Numbered from the stretch's first letter, positions 28,553-39,774 are shown. The stretch: DNA of 64,000 bases from an uncultured Alphaproteobacteria bacterium (GCA_944391615.1 CALXUE010000006.1:17665-81664), one strand, 5' to 3'. Translations and numbers: made by a program. Notes: generated by a model not told the origin, from the sequence alone.

Positions 28553-29446
28553 TTAGTTTTTACGTTCGATGATATATGAGGCCAGTAGGCGCAGGTTTTC
28601 AGCTTTTGCTCCAAATGAGCTTAAAGCTTCTTGCGCTTTTTCAACCAGTTCTTTTTCAATTTGTTTGGCTTTATCTAGTCCGTAAAGACTAACAAAAGTC
28701 ATTTTGCCTTGAGCGGCATCTTTGTTCAAAGTCTTTCCCACCAGTTTTGGGTCCCCCTCGACGTCCAAAATATCATCAGCAATTTGAAAAGCGACTCCGA
28801 TTCCTCTAGAATATTCCAACAACTTTTGTCTTTCAGCATCAGATGCTTGTCCCAAAATTGCACCAGCCTCACAAGCAAAGCTAATCAAGCGGCCTGTTTT
28901 CATCTCTTCAATACGTTTTATAATTGTTTCGGAAGTTTGCTTAGGGTTATCTTCAGCATAAATATCAAGCATTTGTCCGGCAACCATTCCACCAAGAGCC
29001 CCAGCCCCTGACGACAATTTGGCAATCAGCTCACAGCGAATATCAGCAGAAGCCGTGCGGGCATCAGACAAAATTTCAAAAGCATAGGTCAACAAACCAT
29101 CGCCTGCCAAAATAGCCGTTGCCTCATCAAAAGCTTTATGGCAGGTCGGCTTGCCGCGGCGCAAATCATCATTATCCATAGCAGGCAAATCATCATGAAT
29201 AAGCGAATAGCTGTGCAAACATTCCAGAGCAACCGCCGTGCGCAAAGTTTTTTCAAAATCGAGGCCGAACAAGCTCCCCGTTTCATTCACCAAAAACGGA
29301 CGCATACGTTTGCCGCCGTTCATAACCGAATATTTCATCGCCTCGACCACCCGATTTTCGGGCAAATTACTAAGCGGAAAAAATTCGCTCAAACGCGCAT
29401 TAAAAGCCTGAGCATACGCAGAAAGTGTTTCTTTGATAGTCATCAT
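28553..29446 (-). CDS. ispA: Farnesyl diphosphate synthase (polyprenyl synthetase)
   Basis: The first DDxxD motif (LIHDDLPAMDNDDLRRGKPT) and the second motif (FQIADDILD) are present. Confidence 0.85.
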   Translation of the reverse strand: MMTIKETLSAYAQAFNARLSEFFPLSNLPENRVVEAMKYSVMNGGKRMRPFLVNETGSLFGLDFEKTLRTAVALECLHSYSLIHDDLPAMDNDDLRRGKPTCHKAFDEATAILAGDGLLTYAFEILSDARTASADIRCELIAKLSSGAGALGGMVAGQMLDIYAEDNPKQTSETIIKRIEEMKTGRLISFACEAGAILGQASDAERQKLLEYSRGIGVAFQIADDILDVEGDPKLVGKTLNKDAAQGKMTFVSLYGLDKAKQIEKELVEKAQEALSSFGAKAENLRLLASYIIERKN

Positions 29447-29454
29447 TGATTTAA

Positions 29455-29724
29455 TTATTCCTCAATCTTGTCCAAAGGCGTTGTGCTAAGTTCGCCGTTT
29501 TTGCCGATTTCCAACTTTTCGATTTTCAACTCGGCCGCCTTGAGTTTTTGCTCACAAAACTTTTTCAAAGCCACGGCTTTTTCATAAGCACTAACGGCAT
29601 CATCCAATTTAATGCGGCCGCTTTCCAACTCTCTGACAATGCTTTCAAGCTTGATGAGTGCGTCTTCAAAAGACAAGTTTTCCAAATCCAGATTTTCCAT
29701 TTTAATCTCCTCTATTTTTTTCAC
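29455..29724 (-). CDS. xseB: Exodeoxyribonuclease VII small subunit
   Basis: This is a short coiled-coil protein (LSFEDALIKLESIVRELESG) that follows ispA, as in the conserved xseB-ispA arrangement. Confidence 0.75.
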   Translation of the reverse strand: MKKIEEIKMENLDLENLSFEDALIKLESIVRELESGRIKLDDAVSAYEKAVALKKFCEQKLKAAELKIEKLEIGKNGELSTTPLDKIEE

Positions 29725-29870
29725 TATACATTATTATATTTCTTTCGCAACAATTATATAAAACTTATGTTTATTAACCGAATTGTTATATAAATATTAG
29801 TTGTATGGCATCTCCCTTTATTAGAAAAATGTGTTAAATTTTAGAGACAGTGTTTAAGAGGAGGTGTGTG

Positions 29871-30155
29871 ATGCGTCGGGAAATTATCTTGAATATAGCC
29901 AAAATTCTAAAAGCTTTAGGCAATGACAAACGCCTAAGTATTGTGATGTATTTAGCCAATAAAGAACTAAAAGTCAATGATTTGGAACAACTCGTCGGTT
30001 TAAGCCAATCAGCCTTAAGTCAGCATTTGGCTGTATTGCGTGCCGAAAAAATTGTCAAGACCAGACGCGAAGCACAATCCATTTTTTATTCTCTCGCAGA
30101 TAAAAATGTTTTGGAATTACTGAATACGTTATGCAAACTTTATGCACAAGACTAA
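29871..30155 (+). CDS. ArsR/SmtB-family transcriptional regulator
   Basis: The start is at MRREI with SD AAGAGGAGG. It has the winged-HTH ALGNDKRLSIVMYL...VNDLEQLVGLSQSALSQHLAVL. Confidence 0.75.
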   Translation: MRREIILNIAKILKALGNDKRLSIVMYLANKELKVNDLEQLVGLSQSALSQHLAVLRAEKIVKTRREAQSIFYSLADKNVLELLNTLCKLYAQD

Positions 30156-30158
30156 GAT

Positions 30159-31319
30159 TTATGATTTATCTTCAATAAACTCAATTTTTTGCTCATCCGT
30201 ATTATATTTGATAAGCAATTTACCTTCTCGCAAAGTGAGCGCACGCTGACCAAAAACCTCTCTGCGCCAACCTTTAAGCATATTCAACCCCAAGTCTTTA
30301 TGCGCCGAAAAAAGTTTTAGCTCATCATCTGAAGCAATAATATGCGGCACACACTTTTCATCTTGAGCAATCAAATTAAGCAAAAGTTTCAACAATTCAT
30401 ACAAATTAGCATTACAAACAATTCTTTTTTCCGGCGGCAGTTTGGCATAATCGCTATGAGGCATTTGCTCCACTTTTTGAATAACATCAAGAATTTCAGC
30501 GCCTAACTTGCCTTTTGCCACATCAGCGCGCATATTGCGAATTTGCAAGAGCTCTTCTACGGAATGAGGCATTTCAGCAGCCACATTGAGCAAACATTCA
30601 TCTTTGATGATATTTTGTTTAGGAACATTTTTAAGCTGCGCGCGCCGTTCTCGCCAAGCAGCCAGTTCTCGCAAAACGGTAAGATATTTGCGGTTATGCG
30701 AATGTTGCCGCAATTTCAGCCAAGCTTTCATCGGGTCATTTTCATAAGTTTCGATTTTCAATAGCGGCTGCATTTCTTCATCCAGCCAATGTTCGCGGTG
30801 TGTCTGCGCAATTTGGTCCCGCATAAATTCATAAATATGTACAAGATGCGTCACATCAGAAATCGCATAAGAAAGTTGCTTTTCACTTAGGGGACGCACA
30901 CACCAGTTGGTCAAGCGGGAGCTTTTATCAAGCTCAATCCCCAAAATGGCATTAACCAAACTTTCATAGCTTGAAAAAGAACCAAACCCGCAAATTTGGG
31001 CGGCAATCTGCGTATCAAACAACGGATGCGGAATAAACCCTGCTTTTTGATACAAAATTTCAATATCCTGCCTGCAAGAATGAAAAACTTTCACAATTTT
31101 AGGGTTATCCAAAACCGCAAAAAACCTTGCTAAATCAATATCTTTAGATAAGGGATCAATAATAGCCTCAAAGTCTTTTGCTCCAACTTGAATCAAGCCC
31201 AATTGAGCATAATACGTTTTTTCCCGATGAAATTCCAAGTCCACGGTAATAAAGTCTTGCTGTTCCAGATTCTGGCAAAATTCATCAAGCTGTTGATTTG
31301 TGGTTATGAGGTTTATCAT
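30159..31319 (-). CDS. rnd: Ribonuclease D
   Basis: It has a DEDDy 3'-5' exonuclease N-domain (ITVDLEFHRE...YAISDVTHL) and a C-terminal HRDC-like region. Confidence 0.8.
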   Translation of the reverse strand: MINLITTNQQLDEFCQNLEQQDFITVDLEFHREKTYYAQLGLIQVGAKDFEAIIDPLSKDIDLARFFAVLDNPKIVKVFHSCRQDIEILYQKAGFIPHPLFDTQIAAQICGFGSFSSYESLVNAILGIELDKSSRLTNWCVRPLSEKQLSYAISDVTHLVHIYEFMRDQIAQTHREHWLDEEMQPLLKIETYENDPMKAWLKLRQHSHNRKYLTVLRELAAWRERRAQLKNVPKQNIIKDECLLNVAAEMPHSVEELLQIRNMRADVAKGKLGAEILDVIQKVEQMPHSDYAKLPPEKRIVCNANLYELLKLLLNLIAQDEKCVPHIIASDDELKLFSAHKDLGLNMLKGWRREVFGQRALTLREGKLLIKYNTDEQKIEFIEDKS

Positions 31320-31478
31320 CGCATATTTTCCTTTTCTTTGACACTCAAGTTATAGCCCATTCTGAAACAAGTTGCAACTTTTTTTAAGGCCGGAAAAAAC
31401 GCTTGCATTTTGACAAAATTTTGTATAGAGTATTGAGCGAGATAATTATCATTATGTTTAACAAAAAAATTTATATTT

Positions 31479-31997
31479 ATGTTTACAATTTTTCTGGCTC
31501 CGAAACACGGAGAAAATTCTTCTCAAAAAAAATTTGAAGAATTTGTGTCGCATTCACTGGTTGAAGCCGGTATCGCGCCTGAGCTATTGTCGCCGGCAGT
31601 TGCGGTTATCCCTGACAATGGGAATGTTTTAAAAACCAACGGAATTGTCGTTGCTTTTAATGAAAAAGAACCTTGTTTGAAGGCTGCTTTTGTCCTAAAG
31701 CCATATTTGCGGCTTGAAGCTTATACTGTTCCGCTGAATGAGGCTTTGCCGCTGAACTGCTTTCGGGCAATTGTCCATATGCGGTCATACACAGATGCTG
31801 CCGACATTTGTCATATGTTAATTCAATCTGCGGACTTTGAGCCGGTAACCATCGTATTCTTTGAATACATGTATGGTACCTTAGCCTTTGGCGCCATACG
31901 TCAGCTTGAAGCTGAAGACATTGATACTTGGAAGTCAAAGGTCAAAAAAATTTGCGCCAAGATGGATTTAACATCCGTTATATTTGAAGTGCGCTAA
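31479..31997 (+). CDS. Hypothetical protein
   Basis: The ORF lies between rnd and aspS and has no recognised family. Confidence 0.35.
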   Translation: MFTIFLAPKHGENSSQKKFEEFVSHSLVEAGIAPELLSPAVAVIPDNGNVLKTNGIVVAFNEKEPCLKAAFVLKPYLRLEAYTVPLNEALPLNCFRAIVHMRSYTDAADICHMLIQSADFEPVTIVFFEYMYGTLAFGAIRQLEAEDIDTWKSKVKKICAKMDLTSVIFEVR

Positions 31998-32139
31998 CTT
32001 CTTAAAAAAATTTTTTTCAAGCCGTGAGGATGTTTCCTTGCGGCTTTTTTGTGTTTACCGCCTGATAAAGATGCTTGCTTTTATAAAAAAATAGCGTTAA
32101 AACATAAAAACTATTGTTTAATATTTTTTAGAGGGAAAA

Positions 32140-33909
32140 ATGAACAGATACCGCACACATACCTGCGGCGAGCTCAGAGCTTCAGATAAAGGAAAAGAAG
32201 TCAAGCTTGCCGGCTGGATTCATCGTAAACGCAATTTGGGTAACTTATGCTTTGTGGATTTACGAGATCATTATGGTATCACTCAATGCGTTTTTGACAG
32301 CCACTCCGACCTATTTGAAAAAATTGAGGCCCTGCGTGTTGAATCCGTTATCGGCATCACCGGTGAGGTTGTCATCAGAGAAAGCGTAAATAAAAATATT
32401 CCGACAGGCGATGTTGAAATCAAAGTTAAAGCATTGGAAGTTTATTCCGAAGCCGACATTTTGCCGGTACAGGTTGCTTCAGATGGGGGCGAACCTGAAG
32501 AAATGCGCTTAAAATATCGTTTTTTGGACTTACGCAAAGACCGCATTCACAAAAACATTTTGTTGCGTTCAGCCGTAATCCAACGCTCGCGCGAATTGAT
32601 GAGGGAACAAGGTTTTACCGAATATCAAACGCCGATTTTAACCTCTTCATCACCCGAAGGTGCCAGAGATTTTTTAGTTCCGTCTCGCTTGAACCCAGGA
32701 AAGTTTTATGCTTTGCCGCAAGCTCCGCAACAGTTCAAACAGTTGCTGATGGTATCCGGTTTTGATAAATATTTCCAAATTGCCCCGTGCTTTAGAGATG
32801 AAGACCCGCGAGCAGACCGCTCTCCGGGTGAATTCTACCAGATGGATATGGAAATGAGCTTTGCCGAACAAGAAGATGTGTTTAAGGTGATTGAACACAC
32901 ATTGGGCACAATCTTTAATGAATTTGCCAACGGCAAAACCGTTGACCAAGCACCCTATGTGCATATTCCGTTCCGTGAGGCCATGCTCAAATATGGTTCG
33001 GACAAGCCGGACTTAAGAAACCCTCTGTTTTGGAAAGAGAGTTCTTCTTTGTTTGGCGAAAGTGGCTTTGGTGTTTATGACTTTATGGTTAAAGAGGGAA
33101 AAACCGTTAAAGGAATGAGAGTTGCCGGTTTGGCCTCAAAACCACGCTCTTTCTTTGACAAGCTTGATGCTTTTGCCAAAGGAGAAGGTATGGGCGGAAT
33201 TGCTTATATCGCTTGGGCAGAAGGCGGCATCAAAGGTATTTCCCGTATGTTGACAGAAGAAAAAGTTGCTGAAATCAAAAAATATTTTGATGCTCAAGAC
33301 GGAGACGCGGTTATCTTTGTTATCGGACAAGGCATGCACTTTGACAAGTTCAGCGGCAAACTGCGTACCCACGTGGCTGAAGAGTTGAGCTTGATTGATG
33401 AAAATACATTCAAAATGTGCTGGATTGTTGATTTTCCGTTCTATGAAGAAAATGAAGAAACCGGCGCGGTTGAATTTTCGCACAACCCATTTTCAATGCC
33501 TCAAGGCGGCATGGATGCTTTGTTAAACAAAAATCCATTGGATATTTTGGCTTATCAATATGACTTTGTGTGCAATGGTGTTGAGCTATTGTCCGGAGCT
33601 GTTCGTAACCACGAACCGGACATTATGTATAAGGCTTTTGAAATTGCCGGTTATGACAACAGCGTGGTTGATGCCAAGTTTGGCGGAATGATTAGCGCGT
33701 TTAAGTTTGGCGCACCTCCGCACGCTGGCTCGGCTTATGGTGTGGACAGATTGGTTATGTTGCTTTTGGACGAGCCAATCATCCGTGATGTGATTTTATT
33801 CCCACTCAACGGCAAGGCTCAAGACCTGATGATGCAGGCTCCGAACTTTGTCACTCAAGAACAACTTGATGAATTGCACATTAAAGTTGTTCCGGTTGAG
33901 AAGAAATAA
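32140..33909 (+). CDS. aspS: Aspartate--tRNA ligase
   Basis: It has an N-terminal OB fold (RTHTCGELR), class II motifs (FRDEDPRADR, GGMISAFKFGAPPHAGSAYGVDRLVMLL) and the 589-aa length typical of bacterial AspRS. Confidence 0.9.
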   Translation: MNRYRTHTCGELRASDKGKEVKLAGWIHRKRNLGNLCFVDLRDHYGITQCVFDSHSDLFEKIEALRVESVIGITGEVVIRESVNKNIPTGDVEIKVKALEVYSEADILPVQVASDGGEPEEMRLKYRFLDLRKDRIHKNILLRSAVIQRSRELMREQGFTEYQTPILTSSSPEGARDFLVPSRLNPGKFYALPQAPQQFKQLLMVSGFDKYFQIAPCFRDEDPRADRSPGEFYQMDMEMSFAEQEDVFKVIEHTLGTIFNEFANGKTVDQAPYVHIPFREAMLKYGSDKPDLRNPLFWKESSSLFGESGFGVYDFMVKEGKTVKGMRVAGLASKPRSFFDKLDAFAKGEGMGGIAYIAWAEGGIKGISRMLTEEKVAEIKKYFDAQDGDAVIFVIGQGMHFDKFSGKLRTHVAEELSLIDENTFKMCWIVDFPFYEENEETGAVEFSHNPFSMPQGGMDALLNKNPLDILAYQYDFVCNGVELLSGAVRNHEPDIMYKAFEIAGYDNSVVDAKFGGMISAFKFGAPPHAGSAYGVDRLVMLLLDEPIIRDVILFPLNGKAQDLMMQAPNFVTQEQLDELHIKVVPVEKK

Positions 33910-33927
33910 CGCCAGCATTTATAAATA

Positions 33928-33953
33928 ACAAGTCAAAGCCCGCTCACTCAAGA
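33928..33953. terminator. Bidirectional hairpin terminator between aspS and cassette 2 gene B
   Basis: AAAGCCCGCTCAC-tcaag-AACGGGCTTT has the same stem core as 28519-28545. Confidence 0.6.
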
Positions 33954-33981
33954 ACGGGCTTTGTGGTTTTTGATTAAGAGC

Positions 33982-34797
33982 CTAAAAAGCTAGGACTGGA
34001 CGAACGTACTCGCTAAGGTAGTTCTTATAGTAGTAGTCCACGTATCCGTCACTGAACCTCAAATTCCACGCGAAGTCGCTTGAATACTCGGAAGAAGACC
34101 AATAGTAATTTGCACCAAGCCTTGTTGCCGCTATTTTCCCTAACGCAACATTTAACACACTCATATTACCATATATCGCATATAATTCTCCCATAGATGG
34201 TAAGTACCAATCTCCTGCTTTTGTTCCTTCTGTCTTATAGCTATTCACATACTCAAACGCCAGACAATGCTTCCCTTTTGTTTTACAATAAGCCAATACC
34301 GTACTTGTATTCTTTTTCCCATCCAAGTCTGCTATCGCTAATGTACGGTCTGTTATATTATCAACCCCTGGAACATCAAAATAATCTGGATATGACCAAT
34401 GTTGTTGAGATTGCTCCAACCCTATAGCCAATTTTCCACTATGGTCAAACACCACGCCGATTGGCGTTTTTGACACAACATAATTTGAATTGCACGTCAT
34501 ATCCGAATACAATATATCTCCGACCAAACAGTTGGCGGTTGAAACTTCTTTTTTGAGTTCAGTGATTTGGGTTTCAAGTTCCGTAATCTTATTCGTTTGT
34601 TCTGTAATCTTATCATTTAAATCGCTTGCGGTGCAGTTCCAGTAATTTCCGAAGGGGCATTTTGTTCCACCGGTGCAAGATGAGGTTGAGGTATAACCCA
34701 AGCTTGAACAACTCGGGGTCTGAATACAAGCCGCAAGTACAGTGTCGCTAAAACCAAACACTGCCAAAGCCGATGAATATAATAAAAACTTTCTCAT
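33982..34797 (-). CDS. Cassette 2 gene B (paralog of 27692-28489, about 80% aa identity)
   Basis: It has the same N-module (AACIQTPSCSSLGYTSTSSCTGGTKCPFGNYWNC), coiled coil and DUF1566-like C-terminus ending YVRPVLAF. RBS GGAGGAG. Confidence 0.75.
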   Translation of the reverse strand: MRKFLLYSSALAVFGFSDTVLAACIQTPSCSSLGYTSTSSCTGGTKCPFGNYWNCTASDLNDKITEQTNKITELETQITELKKEVSTANCLVGDILYSDMTCNSNYVVSKTPIGVVFDHSGKLAIGLEQSQQHWSYPDYFDVPGVDNITDRTLAIADLDGKKNTSTVLAYCKTKGKHCLAFEYVNSYKTEGTKAGDWYLPSMGELYAIYGNMSVLNVALGKIAATRLGANYYWSSSEYSSDFAWNLRFSDGYVDYYYKNYLSEYVRPVLAF

Positions 34798-34842
34798 TTT
34801 CTCCTCCTAAATAATAATTAAACTTTCTCTCTCTTTCCCCGA

Positions 34843-35682
34843 TTACTGTTCAAAAGCGCAGTAGTCGCAATAATCGGCACAACCTGTGGCGCAACCCGTC
34901 ACATAATATTTGTTGGAACATTCTTCATAAGAACAGACCGAACACGGCGGGCAGGTGTCATATTCCCCTAAACTCGGGCAAGGCTTGCATGCGCTATACA
35001 TCATATTCGTGCCCGATAAGCACGAGGTTGCTCCGACCTTGCCGCCCATCGAGCCGCAATCTTGATACCCCTCACAAGGGTTAGGCTTAATTTTATACAC
35101 CTCGCCGTTGCAGGATACGCAAGGCGCCCCGTCCGCCACATAGCCATCGGGAATATCTTCTTTTTTGTAGGAATAGCCGTCGCAGTAGTCGCATTGACAA
35201 CTGGCGTAATAACCATCGCCGCATTCTTGCCCCACACCATGATAAGGCTCTTCACATTGCTTATAATTACTGGGACAGTCTTCAATACATTCGGCATAAT
35301 ACCCTTTGGCATACAAACATTCTTTGTTGCCCTTATAGCCATTGGGACAGGTAGTAATGGTATAACCTTCTTCAATACAATCAGTCGGCCCTTTGGGAAC
35401 ATAATCTTCAGGGTTAGATGGATTATTCAAATCTCTGTCAGCGGAAATAAAGTTAACGCCGAAACATTCACCGGTGTCCATAATCCAGCAAACTTGCGCA
35501 ACTTTGATAAACTTATCGGGAGATAAGCCGGAGGCATCAGACAAAAACTGTGTGTGTTGTGTGTTGGTCAAAAAATCCTTGTCTGTTGTCTTGAAATTTG
35601 AAACATCAGCATATACATTATTATAACTAAAAAGCCATAATAAAGCATTGCATGCTGAAAACAAAAAAGTTCTATTTTTCAT
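34843..35682 (-). CDS. Cassette 2 gene A (paralog of 26807-27646, about 95% aa identity)
   Basis: It is collinear with 26807-27646 and nearly identical, including the signal peptide and Cys spacing. It lies downstream of the inverted copy of the promoter block. Confidence 0.75.
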   Translation of the reverse strand: MKNRTFLFSACNALLWLFSYNNVYADVSNFKTTDKDFLTNTQHTQFLSDASGLSPDKFIKVAQVCWIMDTGECFGVNFISADRDLNNPSNPEDYVPKGPTDCIEEGYTITTCPNGYKGNKECLYAKGYYAECIEDCPSNYKQCEEPYHGVGQECGDGYYASCQCDYCDGYSYKKEDIPDGYVADGAPCVSCNGEVYKIKPNPCEGYQDCGSMGGKVGATSCLSGTNMMYSACKPCPSLGEYDTCPPCSVCSYEECSNKYYVTGCATGCADYCDYCAFEQ

Positions 35683-35718
35683 TTTCGAAACACCTTTCAA
35701 CTTATCTCCACGACTCGC

Positions 35719-35747
35719 ATTATAGCACAGAAATAAAAAGCTGTAAA
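35719..35747 (-). promoter_or_regulatory. Sigma70-type promoter of cassette 2 (inverted copy)
   Basis: The reverse complement gives TTTACA (35742-35747), a 17-bp spacer and TATAAT (35719-35724). The CCTTG direct repeat lies at about 35755-35775 on the minus strand. Confidence 0.7.
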
Positions 35748-35846
35748 TAGAAATTTTCAAGGATTGACAAGGGTTTAGGCAATCTTTTTTTGCAAAAAAA
35801 ACGCCCGAGTTTTATCCTCGAGCGTTATAAAAATTATAAATTATGT

Positions 35847-36692
35847 TTACTTTTGGGGAGCTCCCAGCATCACAACCGGATCTTTAATTTCTTCTCCATC
35901 CAAAGAGTATTTTGAAACTTGCGCTTTATCCAACACCTGTTTGAAAAGCTCACCAACAGCATTTTGGTAAAGCATTTTTTGCAATCCGGGCTTAACTTTA
36001 TCATAAGGTTGTGGTTCGGCATCACGAATATCTTCAAGCAAAATCACATGGTAGCCAAATTGAGTTTTGACCGGTGTTTGAGAAAACTTGCCTTTTTTCA
36101 TGGCAAATACTGCGTTTGAAAATTCAGGCACCATTTGGTTTTTAGTAAAATAGCCCAAGTCGGCAACAGGGTCTTTAGAATACTTTTTAGCCAAATCATC
36201 AAACTTTTCGCCTTTTTTCAGTTTGGCAATAATGCTTTTTGCTTCGCTTTCTGTGTCAACCAAAATATGTTTGGCATGAGCTTCTTTTTGGTCTTTGAAA
36301 GTTTTTTTGTAATCTTTATAAAGCTTTTTGGTTTCGGATTCGGTAACTTTTTTCTTGGCAAATTTATCAATATACATATTGCGAGCCAAATCCTCTTTCA
36401 TGGCTTTTACGGCACGGGCATATTCCGGTGTTTCGGTCACCCCGTTAGCAACGGCAGCCTGATACAACAGTTTGCCGTTAACATAGATGTCTAATGCTTT
36501 TTCGTAATATTTCGGAAATGAAACTTGTTCTTTAATTGGGGCATTATCTTCATAACCCTGTTTCATTTCTTTAACGGTAATTTTTTCTCCGTTAACGATA
36601 GCAGCAACGCCGTCTTTACCTTCGGCCTGAGCAAAACTCGGGCTCAAAGCCAAAATAGATAAGGCAGCCAAGGCCAATATTTTGTTTTGCAT
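35847..36692 (-). CDS. Periplasmic peptidyl-prolyl cis-trans isomerase, parvulin (PpiC) type, SurA/PpiD-like
   Basis: It has a signal peptide (ALSPSFAQA), a chaperone-like N-domain and a parvulin domain (HILV...GDLG). Confidence 0.65.
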   Translation of the reverse strand: MQNKILALAALSILALSPSFAQAEGKDGVAAIVNGEKITVKEMKQGYEDNAPIKEQVSFPKYYEKALDIYVNGKLLYQAAVANGVTETPEYARAVKAMKEDLARNMYIDKFAKKKVTESETKKLYKDYKKTFKDQKEAHAKHILVDTESEAKSIIAKLKKGEKFDDLAKKYSKDPVADLGYFTKNQMVPEFSNAVFAMKKGKFSQTPVKTQFGYHVILLEDIRDAEPQPYDKVKPGLQKMLYQNAVGELFKQVLDKAQVSKYSLDGEEIKDPVVMLGAPQK

Positions 36693-36875
36693 AGAATCTT
36701 CTCCTTTGTGTGTTTTTTTTTGCATTCTTTATTTCATATAACTTATGCGGTTTAATTTTCCAAGAGCTTTTTTAACAGGGGTTTATAACTTTGGAGGTAA
36801 GTATTGACTTTATCTTTTAGAAACACTAAATGTAGTATAATTGCATAAACATATATATATTAAGGTAAAAAAATA

Positions 36876-39626
36876 ATGCTAGGTAAAATTGCAAAAACCA
36901 TTTTCGGAAGTGCGAACGACAGATTTATAAAAAAACAATACAAGATAGTTCAAAAAATTAATGCTCTTGAGAGCACGATTTCAGCTTTAAGTGACGAGGC
37001 CTTAAAAGCCAAAACAGATGAATTCAGAGCCAGAATTAAAGATGGTGAAACGCTAGATGACTTGTTGCCGGAGGCATTTGCCGTTGTGCGTGAGGCCGCT
37101 AAGAGAACTTTGGGTCAAAGGCATTATGATGTGCAGCTTATAGGCGGTATTGTTCTGCATAAGGGTATGATTGCCGAAATGAAAACCGGTGAAGGTAAAA
37201 CATTGGTCGAAACTTTGCCAGCTTATTTGAATGCTCTTGAAGGCAAGGGTGTGCATATCGTAACGGTTAATGATTATTTGGCCAAACGTGATGCTGAGTG
37301 GATGGGACAGGTCTTCCGTTTCTTGGGACTGAGCGTGGATTATATTATTCATGAAAAAAATGATATACAGCGTAAAGAGGCTTATAATTGCGATATTACT
37401 TATGCCACGAATAATGAATTAGGTTTTGATTATCTGCGCGATAATATGAAATTTTCTTTGGCGGAAATGGTTCAACGCCCATTTAATTACGCCATTGTCG
37501 ATGAAGTTGACTCTATTTTGATTGATGAAGCCAGAACGCCGTTGATTATTTCCGGCGCGGCAGAAGATTCTTCTGAAAAATACATTTCGGTTAACAAAAT
37601 CATCCCGTCACTGGTTCCGGCTGACTATGAAAAAGATGAAAAAGCCAGAACTGTCGTTTTGACTGAGGCTGGTATGACTCATGTCGAAAATCTGCTTAAA
37701 GAAGTCGGGTTAATTAAGGATGGCTCATTGTATGATTTGGCTAATGTGACACTGGTTCATCATGTTAATCAGGCTCTGCGCGCCCATAAACTCTTTACAC
37801 GCGATGTGGACTACATTGTCAAAGACGGCAAAGTTATGATTATTGATGAATTTACGGGGCGTATTATGGAAGGCCGCCGTTATTCAGATGGTTTGCATCA
37901 AGCTCTGGAAGCAAAAGAAGGGGTTGATATTCAGTCAGAGAACCAAACCTTGGCTTCAATCACATTCCAAAATTATTTCAGACTCTATCCAAAGCTTTCG
38001 GGTATGACCGGTACGGCTATGACCGAAGAAGCTGAGTTTGCAGATATTTACAATTTAAATTGTGTTGAAATTCCGACAAACCGTCCGGTGTTAAGAAAAG
38101 ATGAGCATGATGAAGTGTATCGTACGGCTAAAGAAAAATATAATGCTATCATTAATACAATTATTGAATGTCATAAAAAAGGCCAGCCGATTTTGGTGGG
38201 TACAACCTCAATTGAAAAATCTGAACTTTTGGCAGATATGCTTAAAGCTAAAAGTGATATTAAGTTTGAGGTTTTGAACGCCCGCCACCACGAGCGTGAA
38301 GCTTACATTGTGGCGCAAGCCGGTGTGCCTGGGGCTGTGACGATTGCAACCAATATGGCCGGTCGTGGTACGGATATTCAGCTCGGTGGTAATTTGGATA
38401 TGCGTTTGAAATCTATTTTGAAAGGTGATGAAACGCCTGAGGAAGTTGCCGAGATTAAGGAAAAACTTCGTAAAGAAATAGAAGAAGGAAAGCAAAAAGC
38501 AATTGCTGCCGGTGGGCTTTATGTCTTGGGTACGGAGCGTCATGAAAGCCGTCGTATCGACAACCAATTGCGTGGTCGTTCCGGTCGTCAAGGAGATCCG
38601 GGAACATCGAAGTTCTTCTTGTCTATGGAAGATGATTTGATGCGCATTTTCGGCTCAGAACGAATGAGTGCTATGTTGCAACGTTTGGGCTTGCCGGAAG
38701 GTGAGGCTTTGGTCCATCCTTGGATTAGTCGTGCAATTGAAAAGGCTCAGCAAAAGGTTGAGGAGCGTAACTTTGATATTCGTAAAAATGTCTTGAAATA
38801 TGACAATGTTATGAATGATCAACGCAAGGTTATTTATGAACAACGCAAAGAATTAATGTCTACCGATGATGTTTCTGAAACGGTTCAGGATATGCGGGAT
38901 GAATATATTGCGGATGTAATCAGTTCTTATGCTCCGCATGGTAGTGCGCCTTCTGAGTGGAATGTTGATGCTTTGCACAATGATTTGCTGCGTATTACCG
39001 GATTCGATATTCCGGTGGCAGATTGGGCTCAGGAAAAGGAAATGGATGCTGATACACTGAGCGAAAAAGTTGTGAATTTTGTTGACGAAAATATTAAAGC
39101 CAAAAATGCCAATGTTCCGGAAGCTTTGGTTCATATGGTTGAAAAAAGTATTTTGCTTCAGGTTTTGGATCAGTTATGGAAAGACCACATTGCAGCGTTA
39201 GACCAGATGAGATATACAATCGTTCTGCGTGCTTATGGTCAGAAAGATCCGTTAAATGAGTATAAAAAAGAGGCATTTAATATGTTTTCTCAAATGCTTG
39301 ATGCTTTGAGGGAACGCTTGACATTTTTGATTTGCAGAGCACAGATTCAGTTAGGTGATGAAAGTACTTTGCAGCAGCAAGAAACAAAACGCAGCAATAT
39401 GCAAGAAATTCATGAAACGCCGCGTTCATTATTAGGGCAGGGCAACGCACAGCCTTCACCAAATGCAGATACCGAAGCTAAGACAGATGAAAAACGTATG
39501 CCGTTTGCCTATAATAAAAAAGATTTTGATCCCAAAGATCCCTCAACATGGGGAAAGGTTTCCAGAAACGATCCTTGTCCATGTGGGTCGGGGTTAAAAT
39601 ACAAACATTGCCATGGCAAGGTGTAA
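36876..39626 (+). CDS. secA: Preprotein translocase ATPase SecA
   Basis: It has DEAD-motor motifs ([28 protein letters not shown]) and the C-terminal zinc-binding [14 protein letters not shown]. Confidence 0.95.
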   Translation: MLGKIAKTIFGSANDRFIKKQYKIVQKINALESTISALSDEALKAKTDEFRARIKDGETLDDLLPEAFAVVREAAKRTLGQRHYDVQLIGGIVLHKGMIAEMKTGEGKTLVETLPAYLNALEGKGVHIVTVNDYLAKRDAEWMGQVFRFLGLSVDYIIHEKNDIQRKEAYNCDITYATNNELGFDYLRDNMKFSLAEMVQRPFNYAIVDEVDSILIDEARTPLIISGAAEDSSEKYISVNKIIPSLVPADYEKDEKARTVVLTEAGMTHVENLLKEVGLIKDGSLYDLANVTLVHHVNQALRAHKLFTRDVDYIVKDGKVMIIDEFTGRIMEGRRYSDGLHQALEAKEGVDIQSENQTLASITFQNYFRLYPKLSGMTGTAMTEEAEFADIYNLNCVEIPTNRPVLRKDEHDEVYRTAKEKYNAIINTIIECHKKGQPILVGTTSIEKSELLADMLKAKSDIKFEVLNARHHEREAYIVAQAGVPGAVTIATNMAGRGTDIQLGGNLDMRLKSILKGDETPEEVAEIKEKLRKEIEEGKQKAIAAGGLYVLGTERHESRRIDNQLRGRSGRQGDPGTSKFFLSMEDDLMRIFGSERMSAMLQRLGLPEGEALVHPWISRAIEKAQQKVEERNFDIRKNVLKYDNVMNDQRKVIYEQRKELMSTDDVSETVQDMRDEYIADVISSYAPHGSAPSEWNVDALHNDLLRITGFDIPVADWAQEKEMDADTLSEKVVNFVDENIKAKNANVPEALVHMVEKSILLQVLDQLWKDHIAALDQMRYTIVLRAYGQKDPLNEYKKEAFNMFSQMLDALRERLTFLICRAQIQLGDESTLQQQETKRSNMQEIHETPRSLLGQGNAQPSPNADTEAKTDEKRMPFAYNKKDFDPKDPSTWGKVSRNDPCPCGSGLKYKHCHGKV

Positions 39627-39647
39627 AGTAAATAAGAACCGATGAAA

Positions 39648-39690
39648 GAAAAAATCTCTCAAGAATAAAAACTTGAGGGATTTTTTTTTG
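39648..39690 (+). terminator. Rho-independent terminator after secA
   Basis: The hairpin TCTCAAG..CTTGAGGGA is followed by TTTTTTTTT. Confidence 0.5.
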
Positions 39691-39745
39691 CAAAAAAAGA
39701 TTGCCTAAACCCTTGTCAAACCTTGAAAATTTTTATTTACAGACT

Positions 39746-39774
39746 TTTTTCCTTGTGCTATAATACGAGTCGTG
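39746..39774 (+). promoter_or_regulatory. Sigma70-type promoter of cassette 3
   Basis: TTTACA (39746-39751), a 17-bp spacer and TATAAT (39769-39774). The upstream block is conserved, including CCTTGtcaaaCCTTGaaaa. Confidence 0.7.
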
